64,000 nt of DNA from Aplysia californica (Eukaryota), in NCBI RefSeq assembly GCF_000002075.1, contig NW_004797519.1, forward strand, positions 308,649-372,648, given 5' to 3'. The notes below the pieces were generated by a model that did no database searches, was not told where the DNA came from, and worked only from the letters and a program-made list of their open reading frames with translations. Both the position numbers and the translations under genes were made by a program. Shown one piece after another: positions 60,910 through 64,000 of the stretch (the first letter of the stretch is position 1; each line of letters begins with the position of its first letter).

Positions 60910-61011
60910 ATTCCGAAGGGCTTCCCTTACTTTGCTGTGGACTTTGGCCTCCAGGGAGGTTTTGCTACTGTCATTGAAGATGAGGCGACTTTCCCAGCAT
61001 ACTTTGGAAGG
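60910..61011 (+). CDS. CWF19L2: CWF19L2 exon 17 (CwfJ_C_2); gene continues beyond the window
   Basis: 102 nt, [33 protein letters not shown] donor, no stop. Confidence 0.95.
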
Positions 61012-61059
61012 GTGAGATAGTCGTATGATGTGCTGTTTTAATGTGACATTGACCATAGA

Positions 61060-61859
61060 CAGTGCTTCCAGTCTTCCGCAAATTAGAAAAATTCCGCAAA
61101 TGGAAAAATTTCAGTGAAAATTCATGCAAAAAAAAAAAAATTAAAAGAAAAATTATTTTCAAAAATGCGTCGTAAAAAGTTTCCGTAATTACTAATAGTT
61201 AATAGTCAACAATAGCCAACCCATACCGGAAGTGCTCTTTTATTTGAAAGTGTAGACAGTTTCTTTTACTTTCACTTGCACAAGCAGAGCACCAGCACTG
61301 TAAACAAGAGGAAGATGTATGACGATTGTGGTTCAATAGATCTTGGGCCTGCCAAGAAAAGAAAACTCTGAAGAGAGCTTGGTTTTTTCACCACACTTGT
61401 TTATTTGTACATATTGTTGTGGTTTTAAGTTGAATATAAGCTGTCAAGCTATTTTTTAGATCTAGATTCTGGCTGTTATACTATTATAATAATGAGGATT
61501 CTACACATTATATGGTGCAAACCAACACATGCAGAAATAAAGTTGAACATTAACAGTCAAGTTTTATAGATCTAGCTGTTATATTACTGTTGTGGATGTA
61601 CAGTATCAGTACAAGGGAGAAAGCATGGCTTTGGATTTATATATGGATTAACCCAAGCAGAAAATAATGTATGCTAGGTTTGTTTTTTTCTCACTTATTT
61701 TCTTGTTAAATTTAGGCTTGAATAGCCAGAGATGACCTACTTAGGATGCCCTGAAACCCAAAAATTTCAAACGTAAGGGGGATGCCATCCCCCTTTAACC
61801 CCCTGCCAGGGCGCGACCCAAAAGTCCTCGAAAAATGACACCAGCTGCTGGAAGCTCTG
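61060..61859. mobile_element. Non-autonomous DNA transposon
   Basis: TIR CAGTGCTTCCAG/CTGGAAGCTCTG. Flanks CATAGA/CATAAA. Confidence 0.6.
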
Positions 61860-62147
61860 CATAAATTTTTAAAGTCTTTTGTATACTCTCAGTACACTAC
61901 TCAACACCTTATGAAGTTGGCAGTTTCACAATTTTGACTATTTGAGTATAACATTTCCCTTTTCTATTTGTTTTTGTGATCATTAAAAATTATTTTTTTT
62001 TGGGTGCACATTTTTGTTTTTCATCCAGCATTTTGTATCAACTTGAAGCATAAGTGGTTAAGATAACCCCTGACCATATAAAAAAAAGAATGAGCCAAGT
62101 TACAGTCTAAATAATGAAGTGTTGGAAAGAGCTGGGATTGAGTATAT

Positions 62148-64000
62148 CATCATCATCATCCAGTGCCAGATCTGCGACAGACATCGGTGATCATGGTTTT
62201 CCATTCATTCCTTTGCTCGGATGCTCTCAAAAAAGCTACGTTTCCTTGATCTCTCGCTGTCACCCATTTGTAAGTATGTTGCTCTGGGCCTACCCCTGCC
62301 TCGCTTGCCCTCAATTTTTCCAGTGAGAGCTAGATGTTCAAGACCCTTATGTCTATTCAGGTGTCCCAAAAACTGCATTTGTCTTTTCCTGATTGTTTTT
62401 AACATTGATTGTCCCTCGTGGGCTTCATCAAGCACTACCTCATTTGATTTCTTTTCCTTCCACGATACTCTTAGCAGTCTCCTAAGAAACCACATTTCTG
62501 TAGCTTCTATTTTTTTTCACTGTCTTTAGTGATTGTCCAGCATTCACAGCCATAGAGAAGGGTTGACCAAACATAGCATTTCAGGACTTTCATTTTGGTG
62601 TTCATTGAGATGTTTCTATTTTTCAGGATTGGGCTCATTTTATTGAAACTAGCCTTAGCCATTGCAGTTCTTCTTTTTATTTCTGTGGAACATTTGGCAT
62701 CAGATGTTATTATATATTCTAGATATTTAAACTGTTGGACTTGTTGGATCTTTTCCCCTTTGCTAATGAGATTACAACTAGGATTGGCTGCTTTTTTGGA
62801 TATTACCATACATTCTGTTTTCTTTACATTCAACAATAATCCTTTACGTTCACTCTCTGTTACAACAGTATCTAGAAGCAATTGAAGGTCCTTTTCGGAG
62901 CCTGCTATTAAAACTGTGTCATCTGCATACCTGATGTTATTAATATTTTTTCCATTTACTTTGAGGCGTGGACATTCTTCTATGTTTCTAAGGATTGTTT
63001 CACTGTACATGTTAAAGAGGTCTGGAGACATAACACATCCTTGCCTCACTCCTCGCCTAATCTGCTTATATTCACTGTATTCTCCATTAATTCGTACTGC
63101 AGCGTTTTGGTCCCAGTACAAATTTCTGATAATTCTTAGATCTTTTCCATCTATGTCTAGCTTTTCCAGTATAAATAGCTCATCATGTCTAACTTTGTCG
63201 AACGCCTTTGAATAATCTATGAAGCATAAATACAGATCTTTCTGTGCTTCAATACATCTTTCCATTAACATTGTTTAGGTGAATATAGCATTTCTGGTGC
63301 CCTTGTCAGGAACAAAGCCGAATTGCGTTTTAGATATCTCTGGTCTTATTCTTTTTCTCAATCTTCCCATTATTACTCGCAGCAATATTTTTGTAAAATG
63401 ACTCATAAGGCTAATTGTTCTTTGCATATCACACTCAGTGGCACCTGGTGTTTTAGGTAAAGCTATAAATACTGACTTCATCATATCTTCTGGGATCTCA
63501 CCGCTGTCATAAATAGCATTTAGGAGCTTTGTGGTTATTTCAGTGCCTAGTTCTTCAAGCGCGACAATCACTTCAACTGGAATATTATCTGGCCCTGTGG
63601 CTTTTCCTTGTTTCATTTTCCTAATGGCAGCTTGTACTTCTGCTTTCAGTATTGGTGGTCCGTTTATTTCATTCTTTATTACCGGTTTTTCTCCTCTATT
63701 ATCTTTGAAAAGTTCTTCTATGTATTCTGACCATCTGTTTAAGACATCCCGGTTGTCCATTAAAATATCTCCTCCCTTTGATCTTATGCATCCTGTATTT
63801 GAGCATCCTTTTATCCCACTTACTTCTTTGATTTTGGAATGCATGTATTTGCTGTCCTTGTTTTGGTTCTTCTCTATTTGTTGACACTGATCATTTATCC
63901 ATGTTTCTTTTGCTTCCTTGCATTTTGTCTTTATTTCCCTGTTTAAGATGTTGTACTTTTCCACATTTGATTTTGCCTTTCTTCTCTCTTCCATTAGTTT
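62148..64000 (-). mobile_element. RTE-clade LINE in the last visible CWF19L2 intron; RT frameshifted, continues past the window end
   Basis: KATGPDNIP, RTISLMSH, QFGF, FIDYSKAFD, GVRQGCVMSP, YADD, KRGRGRPR. Frameshifts near 63273 and 62510. (TGA)n 3' tail at 62148-62160. Confidence 0.95.

Noticed and set aside
62595-63887. Plus-strand ORFs over the RTE element
   Set aside because: Antisense shadows of the RT frame.

Overview
Eukaryotic draft-assembly DNA: AT-rich, many N gaps, spliceosomal GT-AG introns and dense microsatellites. The gene and repeat content suggests an invertebrate, probably a gastropod mollusc (inference). There are two protein-coding loci. (1) A tandem pair of minus-strand serine carboxypeptidase genes (peptidase S10, CPVL/venom-carboxypeptidase-like) with no introns in the visible coding sequence. 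One copy is partial (59-972, 5' end lost in a gap) and one is complete (22049-23497). They lie in an old duplication (~60-3665 vs ~22110-30340). (2) A plus-strand CWF19L2 spliceosome gene, reconstructed as 17 in-frame exons (33331-61011, 911 codons), with the last exon beyond the window. The rest is a nested transposon landscape: a decayed DD83E Sailor-like ITm element, a decayed hAT with a perfect TSD, a Tc1/mariner relic, many hAT/piggyBac/Tc1/pogo-type MITEs, RTE, L2/CR1 and I/Nimb LINE fragments, a SINE-like family and minisatellites. The most interesting signals are the non-canonical GQSYAG nucleophile motif, the mosaic divergence of the two carboxypeptidases (near-identical catalytic core, hypervariable cap), and a covarying LINE 3' stem-loop shared by several short retroposons. 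I found no CRISPR array or prokaryote-type system, and nothing I can confidently call a wholly new system.
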